64,000 nucleotides of DNA from Eubacteriales bacterium (GCA_045603085.1 JAZULL010000033.1:2096-66095), one strand, 5' to 3'; positions 33,515-43,135 are shown, numbered from the stretch's first letter. Translations and numbers: made by a program. Notes: generated by a model not told the origin, from the letters alone.

Positions 33515-34795
33515 ATGGGTATTATCAGAGCAGCAGTTGACGCCGTGGGCGGCACACTTGCAGATCAGTGGCTTGAGGTCATTGAAGCCGACTCCATGGG
33601 TGAAGGAACCGTTTTTACCAAGGGTGTGACGGTTCGTAAAAACGACAAGAGAAACAACAATAAAAAGGGAACGGCCGACACCGTATCCAACGGCTCGGTC
33701 ATTCACGTCTATCCCGGTCAGTTCATGATGCTGGTGGACGGCGGCAAGGTGGTGGACTATACTGCCGAGCCCGGCTATTACAAGGTGGAGAATTCCTCCG
33801 CGCCCTCTCTGTTCGGCGGACAGCTGGGCGACGCACTCAAGGACACCTTTGCCCGCATCAAGTTCGGCGGTGTGCCGTCCTATGCGCAGAAGGCGTATTT
33901 TATCAATCTGCAGGAGATCAAGGGCATCAGGTTCGGTACACGTGCACCGGTCAATTATTTTGACAATTTCTATAATGCCGAGCTGTTTTTGCGCGCGCAC
34001 GGCACGTATTCCATCAAGATCACCGATCCCTTGAAGTTCTATACCGAGGCTCTGCCCAAGAATGCGGACAGAGTGGAGATCGGCACCATCAACGAGCAGT
34101 ATCTCTCCGAATTCTTAGAGGCTCTGCAGGCGGCCATCAACCGCATGTCGGCCGATGGCATTCGCATCTCCTTTGTGGCAAGCAAGTCCCGCGAGCTGTC
34201 TGCTTACATGGCAACCGAGCTGGACGAGGATTGGAAGGCACTTCGCGGCTTTGAGGTGCTGTCGGTCGGTATTGCCAGCGTTTCCTACGATGAAGAGAGT
34301 AAGAAGCTGATCAACATGCGCAATCAGGGCGCAATGCTGGGAGATGCATCGATCCGTGAGGGCTACGTGCAGGGTGCCGTTGCACGCGGCATCGAGGCAG
34401 CGGGCAGCAATGCGAATGGCTCTGCGCAGGCCTTTATGGGCATGGGTATGGGCATGAATGCGGGCGGCGGCTTTATGGCGGCGGCCAGCGAGTCCAACCG
34501 CGCACAGATGGCGCGTGATGAGGAACAGAAAAAGGCCGCGGCAGAGGCGGCAAACGGCTGGGAATGCACCTGCGGTGCTGTCAATCAGGGCAAGTTCTGC
34601 TCCGAGTGCGGTGCCAAGAAGCCCGAAGCGGCTGCAGGCTGGACGTGCGCTTGCGGTGCTGTCAATACGGGCAAATTCTGCTCGGAATGCGGCGCCAAGA
34701 GACCCGAGGATGAGAGTTGGTTCTGCACCGAGTGCGGCCATAAGAACAGCGGCACGGGTAAGTTCTGCCCCGAATGCGGCGCAAAACGCGCATAA
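33515..34795 (+). CDS. SPFH/stomatin-prohibitin-like protein with three C-terminal zinc ribbons (COG4260, YdjI-like)
   Basis: MGIIRAAVDAVGGTLADQWLE start. The C-terminus has three W.C.CG...GKFC.ECGAKRP repeats encoded at ~34555-34795. Confidence 0.75.
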   Translation: MGIIRAAVDAVGGTLADQWLEVIEADSMGEGTVFTKGVTVRKNDKRNNNKKGTADTVSNGSVIHVYPGQFMMLVDGGKVVDYTAEPGYYKVENSSAPSLFGGQLGDALKDTFARIKFGGVPSYAQKAYFINLQEIKGIRFGTRAPVNYFDNFYNAELFLRAHGTYSIKITDPLKFYTEALPKNADRVEIGTINEQYLSEFLEALQAAINRMSADGIRISFVASKSRELSAYMATELDEDWKALRGFEVLSVGIASVSYDEESKKLINMRNQGAMLGDASIREGYVQGAVARGIEAAGSNANGSAQAFMGMGMGMNAGGGFMAAASESNRAQMARDEEQKKAAAEAANGWECTCGAVNQGKFCSECGAKKPEAAAGWTCACGAVNTGKFCSECGAKRPEDESWFCTECGHKNSGTGKFCPECGAKRA

Positions 34796-34802
34796 ATAGC
34801 GT

Positions 34803-35852
34803 ATGGAACAGACGACTGTAACGTATCAATGTCCCAATTGCGGCGCGGGATTGATCTTTGACGCCGAAAAGGGAAGGTTTGCCTGCGAATTCTGTCTTTC
34901 CGACTTTGATAAGCAGGAGCTGGATGAGGCGGGCAGTGCCGAGAAGGCCAAGGAGCGGGAGGCGATGGACGAGGCCTTTCGCGAGCAGATGCATGCATAT
35001 TCCTGCCCCTCCTGCGGTGCTGAGGTCATGACCGATGGCGAGACCGTTGCCGATTTCTGCTACTATTGCCACAATCCCGTGGTGCTGTCCGACAAGCTGT
35101 CGGGCGCATTCCGTCCGGATAAGGTCATTCCGTTCAAGTTCGGCAAAAAGCAGGCCATTGAAAAGTTTTTGAAATATGCCAAGAGTCACCGCTTTGTCCC
35201 GCGTGATTATTTCTGCGCCGAGCAGGTGGACAAGATCACGGGTGTGTACTATCCCTTCTGGGTCACCGATGCGGACAGCTCGGCGGCAATCAACGTCGAG
35301 GGTACGCAGATCCGCACCTGGATCGTGGGCAACGTCAAATATACCGAAACCACGCGTCTGGAATTTGAGCGCGAGGGTGAGATCCACTTTGAGGACATCG
35401 TCACCAGCGCACTTTCCACCGAGGATAAAGAGATGTTGGAGGGCGTTTTGCCGTATCCGTCCGACTCTCTTGAGGAGTTTTCCATGCCGTATCTGACAGG
35501 CTTTGTGGCCAAAAAGCGCGACTTAGAGCGCGAAACGCTTGGCGAAGAGGTCAGAGAGCGCATGCAGGACTATGCCGACCGTCTGCTGCGCGGCACGATC
35601 GACGGGCAGGTCAGCAAGACCCTGCCTCGTATGCAGATCCACAAGAGCCATTGGGAATACGCGCTGATGCCGGTCTGGGTGCTGACCTATCGCGACCGCG
35701 ACGGGCAGGTTTACAAGTATGCTATGAACGGCTACACCGGCAAGGTGTACGGCGAGCTGCCGATCAGTAAGGTCAAGCTGGCGCTGACGTTTGCCGCCAT
35801 CATGGCCGCCGTTGCGGCAGTCATCTTTGCTTTGGGGTGGGTGCTGTTATGA
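34803..35852 (+). CDS. Double zinc-ribbon protein with C-terminal TM helix (YdjG-like)
   Basis: YQCPNCGAGLIFDAEKGRFACEFC and YSCPSCGAEVMTDGETVADFCYYC. C-terminal LALTFAAIMAAVAAVIFALGWVLL. Confidence 0.7.
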   Translation: MEQTTVTYQCPNCGAGLIFDAEKGRFACEFCLSDFDKQELDEAGSAEKAKEREAMDEAFREQMHAYSCPSCGAEVMTDGETVADFCYYCHNPVVLSDKLSGAFRPDKVIPFKFGKKQAIEKFLKYAKSHRFVPRDYFCAEQVDKITGVYYPFWVTDADSSAAINVEGTQIRTWIVGNVKYTETTRLEFEREGEIHFEDIVTSALSTEDKEMLEGVLPYPSDSLEEFSMPYLTGFVAKKRDLERETLGEEVRERMQDYADRLLRGTIDGQVSKTLPRMQIHKSHWEYALMPVWVLTYRDRDGQVYKYAMNGYTGKVYGELPISKVKLALTFAAIMAAVAAVIFALGWVLL

Positions 35853-36625
35853 GAAAAATGAGAATTCTTGCAATCATTCTGCTCTGCCTTGCGCTGATCG
35901 GCATCATGCCCACCGCCGCGAGCGCAGAGCTGTATCCCGAGCATCTTGCATGCGTCAATGACGTGGACGATCTGCTGACCGACGAGCAGGAGCAGGAGAT
36001 CAACGTCGCGCTTGGAAACGCGCGCGACAGCGCAGGTATTCCCATCTGCGCATACGTGTTTTACTCCGAGATCAGCTCCGAGGGGTACATGAAATACCGG
36101 GGTGAGGATTTCCTTGCCGAGTATAATATCAGCAAAAACAGCCCCCTGGTGCTGCTGGTGGTGACCGTGACGGTGATGGAGGTCTATTACGACATCTACA
36201 CCTACGGTGACGCGTATTACAAGATCAACGAAAAGGAGATCGGCTACATACTCGACGACAGCCGCGTTTACGACAATATCAAGCGCGGAAAGATCACCGA
36301 AGGCCTTTGCGCCTATGCCGAGCTGAGTGCCCAGGCCTATGCGGGCAGACTTGGTGTGTCGTGGCGACTGATTCTGATCGTCGCGCTGATCATCGGTGGG
36401 GTGGTGGCTACCCTCTGCGTCAAGAGCATTGCCGCGAGATATAAGAGAAAGAATCCCTCAACCTCGTATCCGCTGGACAGATTTGCCACGCTGGATCTGA
36501 CGCGCAGTCACGATCACGTGCTGGGCAAATTCGTTACCACCACCATCATTTCCTCGGGTAGCCGAGGCGGTCGCGGCGGCGGTGGCGGCATGGGCGGTGG
36601 CGGAGGACACCGTGGGGGTAGATAA
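35849..36625 (+). CDS. TPM-domain protein with signal peptide, TM helix and Gly-rich tail (YdjH-like)
   Basis: ATGA overlap with the upstream stop. MRKMRILAIILLCLALIGIMPTAASA; VNDVDDLLTDEQEQEINVAL; GSRGGRGGGGGMGGGGGHRGGR. Confidence 0.7.
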   Translation: MRKMRILAIILLCLALIGIMPTAASAELYPEHLACVNDVDDLLTDEQEQEINVALGNARDSAGIPICAYVFYSEISSEGYMKYRGEDFLAEYNISKNSPLVLLVVTVTVMEVYYDIYTYGDAYYKINEKEIGYILDDSRVYDNIKRGKITEGLCAYAELSAQAYAGRLGVSWRLILIVALIIGGVVATLCVKSIAARYKRKNPSTSYPLDRFATLDLTRSHDHVLGKFVTTTIISSGSRGGRGGGGGMGGGGGHRGGR

Positions 36626-36643
36626 ACCGCGGAGCGGTTTATC

Positions 36644-36829
36644 AGTTATGATTGCCCTGCGGGCAAGTGATGAGTTATGATTGGCCTTGCCAAGTTATGA
36701 TGCCCTGACGGGCAGTTTGAAGTAACAAGGGCAATCATATCATAACTACGCGAAGCGCAATATCACTGCGCGAGAGCGCAATATCACTGTGCGAAAGCAC
36801 AATATCACTTTGTGAAACAAAATATCACT
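36644..36829. repeat. Hairpin-array element (copy D): a core shared with copy B, plus four tandem ~21-nt units of [tetraloop hairpin + AATATCACT]
   Basis: 36644-36700 matches 21232-21289: AGTTATGATTGCCCtgcGGGCAAGTgATGAGTTATGATTGGCcttGCCAAGTTATGA. GGCAATCATATCATAAC (36730-36746) equals 21318-21334. The tandem units are CGCgaaGCG, GCGCgagaGCGC, GTGCgaaaGCAC and TTGTgaaaCAAA, each followed by (A)ATATCACT. Confidence 0.85.
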
Positions 36830-36831
36830 GC

Positions 36832-36868
36832 AAAAGAAAAAGCCTTGTACAACAAGGCTTTTTCTTTT
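36832..36868. terminator. Bidirectional rho-independent terminator between convergent genes
   Basis: AAAAGAAAAAGCCTTGT-aca-ACAAGGCTTTTTCTTTT, a 17-bp perfect stem with A- and T-tracts. Confidence 0.85.
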
Positions 36869-37574
36869 ATTTCACTTTTCCCACGTAGAAGATTCTGCGC
36901 AGCGATTCGTGGAAGGGCTTTACGATGCGGATGACGATCAGCATCAGTCCGAACACCACGAAGGTGGCGCAGGGGTAGGGCGACCATATCACATGTCCGG
37001 GCATCTCGAAGGTCAGGTGAATGAAAAGCTCGATGAGCAGCGTCCAGATGCCAAGGCCGATCAAGCCTGCACCTGCGATATAAAGGCGGCCGCGTCTGAC
37101 GTAATGGAACACAGTGGTCACAGCGGTCATCAAAATCCCCAACGCGCCGACAACGGGGAAGGCAAAGGTCATGAACCAATGGCCGCCCGTTTGCAGGTTG
37201 ATATACAGCAAATACAGCAAGATCGTGGCGAATCCGCAAGGCACGAAGATCGCGGGGGAGGTGCGCTTGAACCACAGCGGCATGATCACGCAGACGTAAA
37301 ATACGCCGATACCGCCTGCCACAAAGCCGCCCCATGAGATCTTATCGTTCAGCGAGATATTGAACATCACGGTCAGAGCTGCCACCAGCAACGCGATGAT
37401 GGTGACTACAAACAAAATGCCCTTGCGGTTAAATTCCTCGCTTTCAAAATCCTTTTTGGGATACGTGGGCGGAGCGTCCTTGATCGGGACGTCGGGGTGA
37501 TAGACCCGTGTTGCACAGACGGGACAGACGGTCTGGCCGTCGCTGAGCTCTACGCCGCATTTGATACAGAACAT
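36867..37574 (-). CDS. Zinc-ribbon-headed polytopic membrane protein
   Basis: MFCIKCGVELSDGQTVCPVC followed by ~5 hydrophobic helices. Its ATG directly abuts the upstream stop codon. Confidence 0.7.
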   Translation of the reverse strand: MFCIKCGVELSDGQTVCPVCATRVYHPDVPIKDAPPTYPKKDFESEEFNRKGILFVVTIIALLVAALTVMFNISLNDKISWGGFVAGGIGVFYVCVIMPLWFKRTSPAIFVPCGFATILLYLLYINLQTGGHWFMTFAFPVVGALGILMTAVTTVFHYVRRGRLYIAGAGLIGLGIWTLLIELFIHLTFEMPGHVIWSPYPCATFVVFGLMLIVIRIVKPFHESLRRIFYVGKVK

Positions 37575-39827
37575 TTATCGGGCCTCCTCTCTTGCATTAC
37601 TTTGCGCGATGACGTGAATGCCAAGCTCGCGCAGGACCTGGTAGAAATGCCGCTCAAGCAGCGGCTTGTCGGTATTTCTGGTAATATTGAACATCATTTT
37701 ACCCTTGTAGGTGATCAGCGAGGTGTTGTATCGCTGGCTTCTCTGTGTGCCCAGCACGAAATCCAGACGGTCCACGTACTGCTCAAATTCGGGCGGCATA
37801 TTGGAAACACCGAGGTTGGAGAACGAGAAGCAGGATTTGCGCTCGCCCACGGCCTCGTAAACGCCCTTCATGATCACGTCCTTGAGTGGCAGCGGTGCCA
37901 TGCGGATCAGCAGATTTTTCTCGCTGGACACGTTGGCGGCAATGATGGCGGCCATGCGGCGCGGCGTGATCTGCAGCTTCATCTGGTGAAAGACGCTCCG
38001 GCAAAGCTCGGGAAATTCATAGTCGCCGTACTTGGTTTCGATGCTCGGAATGGTATACAGAATAAAGTTTCTAAGTGTTTTCGAGGGAAAGATGGTGCGC
38101 AGATTGACCGGCACGAAGATCTTGATGGGCTTGTGCTTGGCGGGATTGCTCACCTGCTCTTTTTGCAGTCTGTCCACCGCCAGCATCAGGGCGGCGGTCA
38201 GCGCGGCGGTCACGGTTACGCCCTGGGCTTTGGCCAGCGCGCGCACCTGCTCGGCGTCCAGGATAAAGGTGGTGTTGGTGCGGAAGCCGTCCACCTCGCG
38301 AAGCCCCTTGATGGAATACGCGTCCGAGTCCTTGCGCGAGAGCGCGTGCTTGCCCGCGTATTTAAAGAAGCTGTCCTCCAGCTCGGCGGGGTCGGGCTCC
38401 TCCAGACGGTCCAGCACGCCGTTTCCGGGCGGCACCTTGACGCCGTATTTTTGATAGATATATTCGGCCACCAGCGTTTTGAGGAATACAAGACCGCCGT
38501 TGCCGTCGGTCAGTGCGTGGAAAAATTCCACCGCGATGCGCTTATCGTAAACAATGACGCGGAAGGCACATTTGCGAATGTCGTCAAACGGCATGCGCGC
38601 CAGAGGGTAGGGCTTTTCCTCCATGATCTCGGGTGCGTGGGGGATCTCTTCAAGGTAGTACCAGAAGAATCCGGGTTTCACACGCACGGCAATCGAGGGG
38701 AATCGGCGGACGGTGACATCAAGGGCGACCCGCAAGGCCTCCTTGTCTACCGGCTCGGTCATGGTTGCCGCCATACGGAACACGTTGCTCCATGAGCGGG
38801 TACGGGCGGCGGGGAAGATCTTGGCGGCGTTGTCCAGCGCCATCCAGCGCAGCTTTTTCTGATTGGGAATGCAGGCCTTGATGTGCTTGCGGATGCGGTC
38901 AAAGTCGCGGTCGAACTCCTTGATCCCGTACAGCACGTAGCCGTGCCACATCTCGGGGGCAATGACAAGATCGCTTTGCACGCCGCAATCCAAAAGCTTC
39001 CCGTGCATCTGCACCGCGTCGTCCAGCATGATCTCGGCACCTCCCACAAAGCAGAGCGTGGGCGGCAGACCCACGAGATCACCGAACAGAGGCGAGATGC
39101 GGGGGTCGGATTTATTCAGGCTGTCCTGCGCCGGATCGGCACAGGTCACGGGATAGATGTTCTTGTCGTCGCCCTGCTCTGCCGCGCCGTAAACGTAGCA
39201 GTCGGCAAAGAATTTGAGACGCTCGGCCGTCATGGTGGGGTCGATCTTTTCGTTTGTGCGATAAGAAGCACCCGATGCGGTCAGGTCGGTCCATGGGGAG
39301 ATAGTGATCATGCCCGCGGGCATGGTTCTGCCCTTGGCCTTGAGCGCCATGCACAGCGCGTAGCAAAGGCCGCCGCCCGCGCTCTCGCCGCACAGCATGA
39401 TCTGTCCGGGGGCATATCCTGCCGAGAGCAGATATCCGTAAGCGTCCTCTGCATCGTCAAGGGCTGCGGGGAAGGGGGCTTCGGGGGCAAGTCTGTAGGC
39501 GGTGCACATGACGCGCACGCCGCAGCGCGCGGCCAAGGTCGCGCCAAAGCCCTTGGCGTAGTCTAAGTCGCCGCAGGTATAGCCGCCGCCATGCAGGTAG
39601 AGAATGACGCCGGGAGAGACCTCGTCGCGCGGCTTGATCATACAAGACGGCATACTGCCCACAAGAAAATCCTCAAAGGTGACGGCATCTCTGTGGCCTG
39701 CCGACATCAGCCTGCCAATGCGATCCTGCCAGACGCGCATGCTTGCAAGCGACGCGCCCGCGATAAAGGGCTTGAGCAGGGAAAGGCGGGAGCGCAGAAT
39801 CAGCGTCCCCTTGTTCTTTTTCTTCAA
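37575..39827 (-). CDS. Fusion protein: N-terminal alpha/beta-hydrolase (HSL/Abhydrolase_3-type esterase) plus C-terminal condensation/HxxxD acyltransferase-like domain
   Basis: TTG start with a GGAGGA RBS. LHGGGY oxyanion motif and GESAGG nucleophile elbow. Later FFHALTDGNGGLVF (HxxxDG). Confidence 0.75.
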   Translation of the reverse strand: MKKKNKGTLILRSRLSLLKPFIAGASLASMRVWQDRIGRLMSAGHRDAVTFEDFLVGSMPSCMIKPRDEVSPGVILYLHGGGYTCGDLDYAKGFGATLAARCGVRVMCTAYRLAPEAPFPAALDDAEDAYGYLLSAGYAPGQIMLCGESAGGGLCYALCMALKAKGRTMPAGMITISPWTDLTASGASYRTNEKIDPTMTAERLKFFADCYVYGAAEQGDDKNIYPVTCADPAQDSLNKSDPRISPLFGDLVGLPPTLCFVGGAEIMLDDAVQMHGKLLDCGVQSDLVIAPEMWHGYVLYGIKEFDRDFDRIRKHIKACIPNQKKLRWMALDNAAKIFPAARTRSWSNVFRMAATMTEPVDKEALRVALDVTVRRFPSIAVRVKPGFFWYYLEEIPHAPEIMEEKPYPLARMPFDDIRKCAFRVIVYDKRIAVEFFHALTDGNGGLVFLKTLVAEYIYQKYGVKVPPGNGVLDRLEEPDPAELEDSFFKYAGKHALSRKDSDAYSIKGLREVDGFRTNTTFILDAEQVRALAKAQGVTVTAALTAALMLAVDRLQKEQVSNPAKHKPIKIFVPVNLRTIFPSKTLRNFILYTIPSIETKYGDYEFPELCRSVFHQMKLQITPRRMAAIIAANVSSEKNLLIRMAPLPLKDVIMKGVYEAVGERKSCFSFSNLGVSNMPPEFEQYVDRLDFVLGTQRSQRYNTSLITYKGKMMFNITRNTDKPLLERHFYQVLRELGIHVIAQSNAREEAR

Positions 39828-39860
39828 GGTGAGATCCTCCTTTCGTCAGAATTTTGCAAG

Positions 39861-40640
39861 TTAAAAAATCAGTTGCTTGGCCGAGGTGGTGCGGCCGGTG
39901 TCGGTATCCACGCAGAACAGTACCGCGTGTGCGCGGACGCGTCCGTCGGCAACCGAAAAGCGAGCGGGCATGTGATTGCGCAGCATGTGCACCACGGGCT
40001 CGGTTTTGGCACCGATCACGCCGCCCTCGGGGCCTGTCATGCCAAGGTCGGTGACGTATCCCGTGCCGCCGGGCAGGATCTGCAAGTCGGCGGTGGCCAC
40101 GTGGGTATGTGTGCCGAAAATGACAGAGATCTTGCCGTCAAAGGTGCGCGCCACGGCGTATTTTTCGCTGGTTGCCTCGGCGTGAAAATCCAGCACCGCG
40201 ATATCATAATTGCCCTTTTGGGCATCCAGAATACGTTCCAGCGTCAAAAAGGGATTGTCCAGCGCATCCATGTGTACCACGCCCAAGAGGTTGATGCACA
40301 GCACGCGCACGCCCGCGACGTTGACTACCGCATATCCGTAGCCGGGATTGGCGGGCGGAAAATTGGCGGGACGGATGATCTGTGAGGGACACTCGTCCAG
40401 AAAATTGCCCGTGTCGGGCGCGCTGTAGGCGTGGTTGCCCAGCGTGATCAGATCGGCACCCGCGTCCAAAAGATCCAGCGCGTCGCGGCGACAGATTCCC
40501 TTGATCTGCGAGGCGTTTTCGCCGTTGACGATGCAAAAATCAACGCCGAGCGCATTCTTTTGCGCGCGCAGATTTTTTTGCAAATGGTCAAGGCCGGCTG
40601 TGCCGACGACGTCGCCCACGGCCAGAATTTTTAAAATCAT
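39861..40640 (-). CDS. ymdB: YmdB-family metallophosphoesterase (TIGR00282; 2',3'-cyclic-nucleotide phosphodiesterase-like)
   Basis: MILKILAVGDVVG...IVNGENAS...LGNHAY...GTHTHV. Length 259 aa. Confidence 0.85.
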   Translation of the reverse strand: MILKILAVGDVVGTAGLDHLQKNLRAQKNALGVDFCIVNGENASQIKGICRRDALDLLDAGADLITLGNHAYSAPDTGNFLDECPSQIIRPANFPPANPGYGYAVVNVAGVRVLCINLLGVVHMDALDNPFLTLERILDAQKGNYDIAVLDFHAEATSEKYAVARTFDGKISVIFGTHTHVATADLQILPGGTGYVTDLGMTGPEGGVIGAKTEPVVHMLRNHMPARFSVADGRVRAHAVLFCVDTDTGRTTSAKQLIF

Positions 40641-41911
40641 ACGGTTTCCTCTGTTTCCACCGAGGGCTGGGCATCCGCTTGCTCTTCGGGTGCGGCCTCG
40701 TCGGTGATATCGTCGGAGGTGTCAAGTGCCTCGACCATCTGCTCTACGGGGATGGTCTCCTCGGGAAGCTCTGCGGGAAGCTCGGCGGTGGGATCAACCG
40801 TGGGATCGATACCGTAGTCTTGTACGGGCTCGATTACCGTTTGGGCAACCGGCTCGGTGATCGGCTTGCCGGCAGGCGCGGTAGTCTGCTCGGGTGCGGG
40901 TGCCTCGGGCGCGGGTCTGCGCAGCGAGATCAGCAGAATAATGCCGACGATCAGCATGGGAATGGCGATCAGTACGCTGAGCACCAGATATGCCCAGAAG
41001 GTGACCTCGCTGATAGTAGCCAGCACCTCGTCTACGTGCGGCTCAAACGAGGGGTGATCGTGCCATGCCGAGGAATTAAACAGCTCGCCCATGAGCAGGG
41101 AGATCAGGTTGGCACCGTTGAAGACAAAGTGGCAGACGATGCAGGGATAGATGGAATCGGTTTTGACAAATAAGTAGCCCATGACAATACCCAGCACGAA
41201 GGTGTATACCACCTGTGCGGGACTGCCGTGCGCCAGACCGAACAGCGCGGAGGTGATTATGATGGCGGGCAGGGGACGCATGCGGTTTGTCAGATTGGTC
41301 AGAGGGCCTGCGCGGAATACCAGCTCCTCGATCAGCGGTGCGCCGAAAATGGCGGCGATAATAAACATGCCGTTGTCACCCACCGAGGTGTTCATCATCT
41401 CGTAGTAAAGCTCGTAAAGCCATTGGAGATCCTCGGCGTATTCGGGGAAGGCGTCGACCAGGATGGGATAGCATTGCTCGATCAGCCAGGAGGCGGCAAT
41501 GCTGAGCACGGTCATTACGCCGCTGACGATAAAGAACAGCGAAAGACCCATGAGCACCGCGGTCAGAATGGCCTTGAAAGAGGTGCGCTTGAAATGGAAG
41601 TATTCGACGAAGTTGCGCCCCTTGCGGTTAAAGATCAGCCAAAGGATCAAAAGGGCGGCCACCGTGGTAATGGCAGATATCAGATAGGTCAGATTGGTGA
41701 CGGTATTGGCATAATCGGTCAGGTAAATATTCTGCAATGCCTCAGCGCCCATGGAGTCGGGTGAGATCAGAAAGGGCAGGAACACGCGGATATAGCAAAA
41801 GACGGCGATAAGCCCTATGATCACGCTTCCGAAGGCGTTCATAAATACGGTATAGCCGATCGGGAAGGCAAGGCCCTTGATCACGGCTCCCTTTTTCTTG
41901 GTTTGTTGCAT
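40637..41911 (-). CDS. CPBP-family intramembrane glutamic endopeptidase (CAAX protease-like) with acidic Pro-rich C-terminal tail
   Basis: AAGGAG RBS before the ATG at 41911. APLIEELVFRAG, FGLAHG and HFVFNG motifs. ATGA overlap with ymdB. Confidence 0.8.
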   Translation of the reverse strand: MQQTKKKGAVIKGLAFPIGYTVFMNAFGSVIIGLIAVFCYIRVFLPFLISPDSMGAEALQNIYLTDYANTVTNLTYLISAITTVAALLILWLIFNRKGRNFVEYFHFKRTSFKAILTAVLMGLSLFFIVSGVMTVLSIAASWLIEQCYPILVDAFPEYAEDLQWLYELYYEMMNTSVGDNGMFIIAAIFGAPLIEELVFRAGPLTNLTNRMRPLPAIIITSALFGLAHGSPAQVVYTFVLGIVMGYLFVKTDSIYPCIVCHFVFNGANLISLLMGELFNSSAWHDHPSFEPHVDEVLATISEVTFWAYLVLSVLIAIPMLIVGIILLISLRRPAPEAPAPEQTTAPAGKPITEPVAQTVIEPVQDYGIDPTVDPTAELPAELPEETIPVEQMVEALDTSDDITDEAAPEEQADAQPSVETEETV

Positions 41912-42026
41912 GACAAATCTCCTTTCGGGGGAATAAATTACCATCTTATATTGTACCATGTTTTCGGGGTGTTGTCAAGCGTGTGTGAATCCGTGCAAAA
42001 TGCCGCGCGGAGTTTGCAAAAAAGAC

Positions 42027-42055
42027 TTGCCAAAGTCGGGGGGTTATGATATAAT
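42027..42055 (+). promoter_or_regulatory. Promoter of asnA
   Basis: TTGCCA (42027-42032), 17-nt spacer containing a G6 run, TGaTATAAT (TATAAT at 42050-42055). Confidence 0.6.
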
Positions 42056-42092
42056 AATGATAAGTATTGAGTTTCCCTGCAAGGAGTAGGTT

Positions 42093-43103
42093 ATGAGCCA
42101 TTGTTTCATTCCCCAAGGCTACGTACAGGTGCTGGATGCATACCAGACCCAGCGAGCCATCGAGCATATCAAAACCACGTTTCAGCGCGAGTTCTGTGCC
42201 GCGCTGAACTTAAAGCGCGTCTCGGCGCCGCTGTTTGTTGCAAGCGATTCGGGTCTGAACGATAATCTGAACGGACATGAACGCCCCGTTGCATTTGACA
42301 TTCCCGCGCTGGACGGCGCGCATGCAGAGGTGGTGCATTCCCTTGCAAAGTGGAAAAGACTTGCGCTGTCCCGCTACGGCTTTGCGGTCGGAAACGGTCT
42401 GTATACCGATATGAACGCTATCCGCCGCGATGAGGATCTGGATAATATCCATTCCATCTACGTCGACCAATGGGACTGGGAAAAGGTGATCACCAAAGAG
42501 GCCAGAACCGTGGATTACCTCAAGCTGATGGTCAAGGCCATCGTGGGCGCGGTATGCGCCACCGAGGAGCAGCTGCAGGTGCATTTTCCTCAGCTGACCG
42601 GCAAGCTGTGCCGCGAGGTGACCTTCGTGACCTCTCAGGAGCTTTGCGATCTGTACCCCGATCTGACTCCCGAGCAAAGAGAGCATGAATTTACCAAGAT
42701 CCACAAAACCGTGTTTGTCATCGGCATCGGCGACAAGCTGTCGGACGGTAAACCCCACGGCGGGCGTGCGCCCGACTATGACGACTGGGCGCTTAACGGC
42801 GATCTGCTGTTCTGGGATGACGTGCTCGGCCGCGCGTTGGAGATCTCCTCAATGGGTATCCGCGTGGACGAGGCGTCTTTGGATCGCCAGCTGACGCTGT
42901 CGGGCTGTGACGACCGCAGAAGCCTGCCGTTCCATAAGATGCTTCTTGCGGGCGAGCTGCCGCTGACGGTTGGCGGCGGTATCGGTCAGTCCCGCCTTTG
43001 CATGCTGCTGATGGGCAGCGCGCACATCGGTGAGGTGCAGTCGGGTATCTGGGACGAGCAAACAAGAAAAATTTGCGCCGAAGCCGGCATCAGATTGCTT
43101 TGA
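42093..43103 (+). CDS. asnA: Aspartate--ammonia ligase (asparagine synthetase A)
   Basis: IEHIKTTFQREF...LKRVSAPLFV and GGGIGQSRLCMLLM signature. Length 336 aa. Confidence 0.9.
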   Translation: MSHCFIPQGYVQVLDAYQTQRAIEHIKTTFQREFCAALNLKRVSAPLFVASDSGLNDNLNGHERPVAFDIPALDGAHAEVVHSLAKWKRLALSRYGFAVGNGLYTDMNAIRRDEDLDNIHSIYVDQWDWEKVITKEARTVDYLKLMVKAIVGAVCATEEQLQVHFPQLTGKLCREVTFVTSQELCDLYPDLTPEQREHEFTKIHKTVFVIGIGDKLSDGKPHGGRAPDYDDWALNGDLLFWDDVLGRALEISSMGIRVDEASLDRQLTLSGCDDRRSLPFHKMLLAGELPLTVGGGIGQSRLCMLLMGSAHIGEVQSGIWDEQTRKICAEAGIRLL

Positions 43104-43135
43104 GTTGGTTTCACATAAAAAAGTTGGAGGATATT

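Noticed and set aside
42037-42042. G6 run in the asnA promoter spacer as a phase-variation tract
   Set aside because: The tract is too short for efficient slipped-strand mispairing, and asnA is a housekeeping gene. It is noted only as a curiosity.
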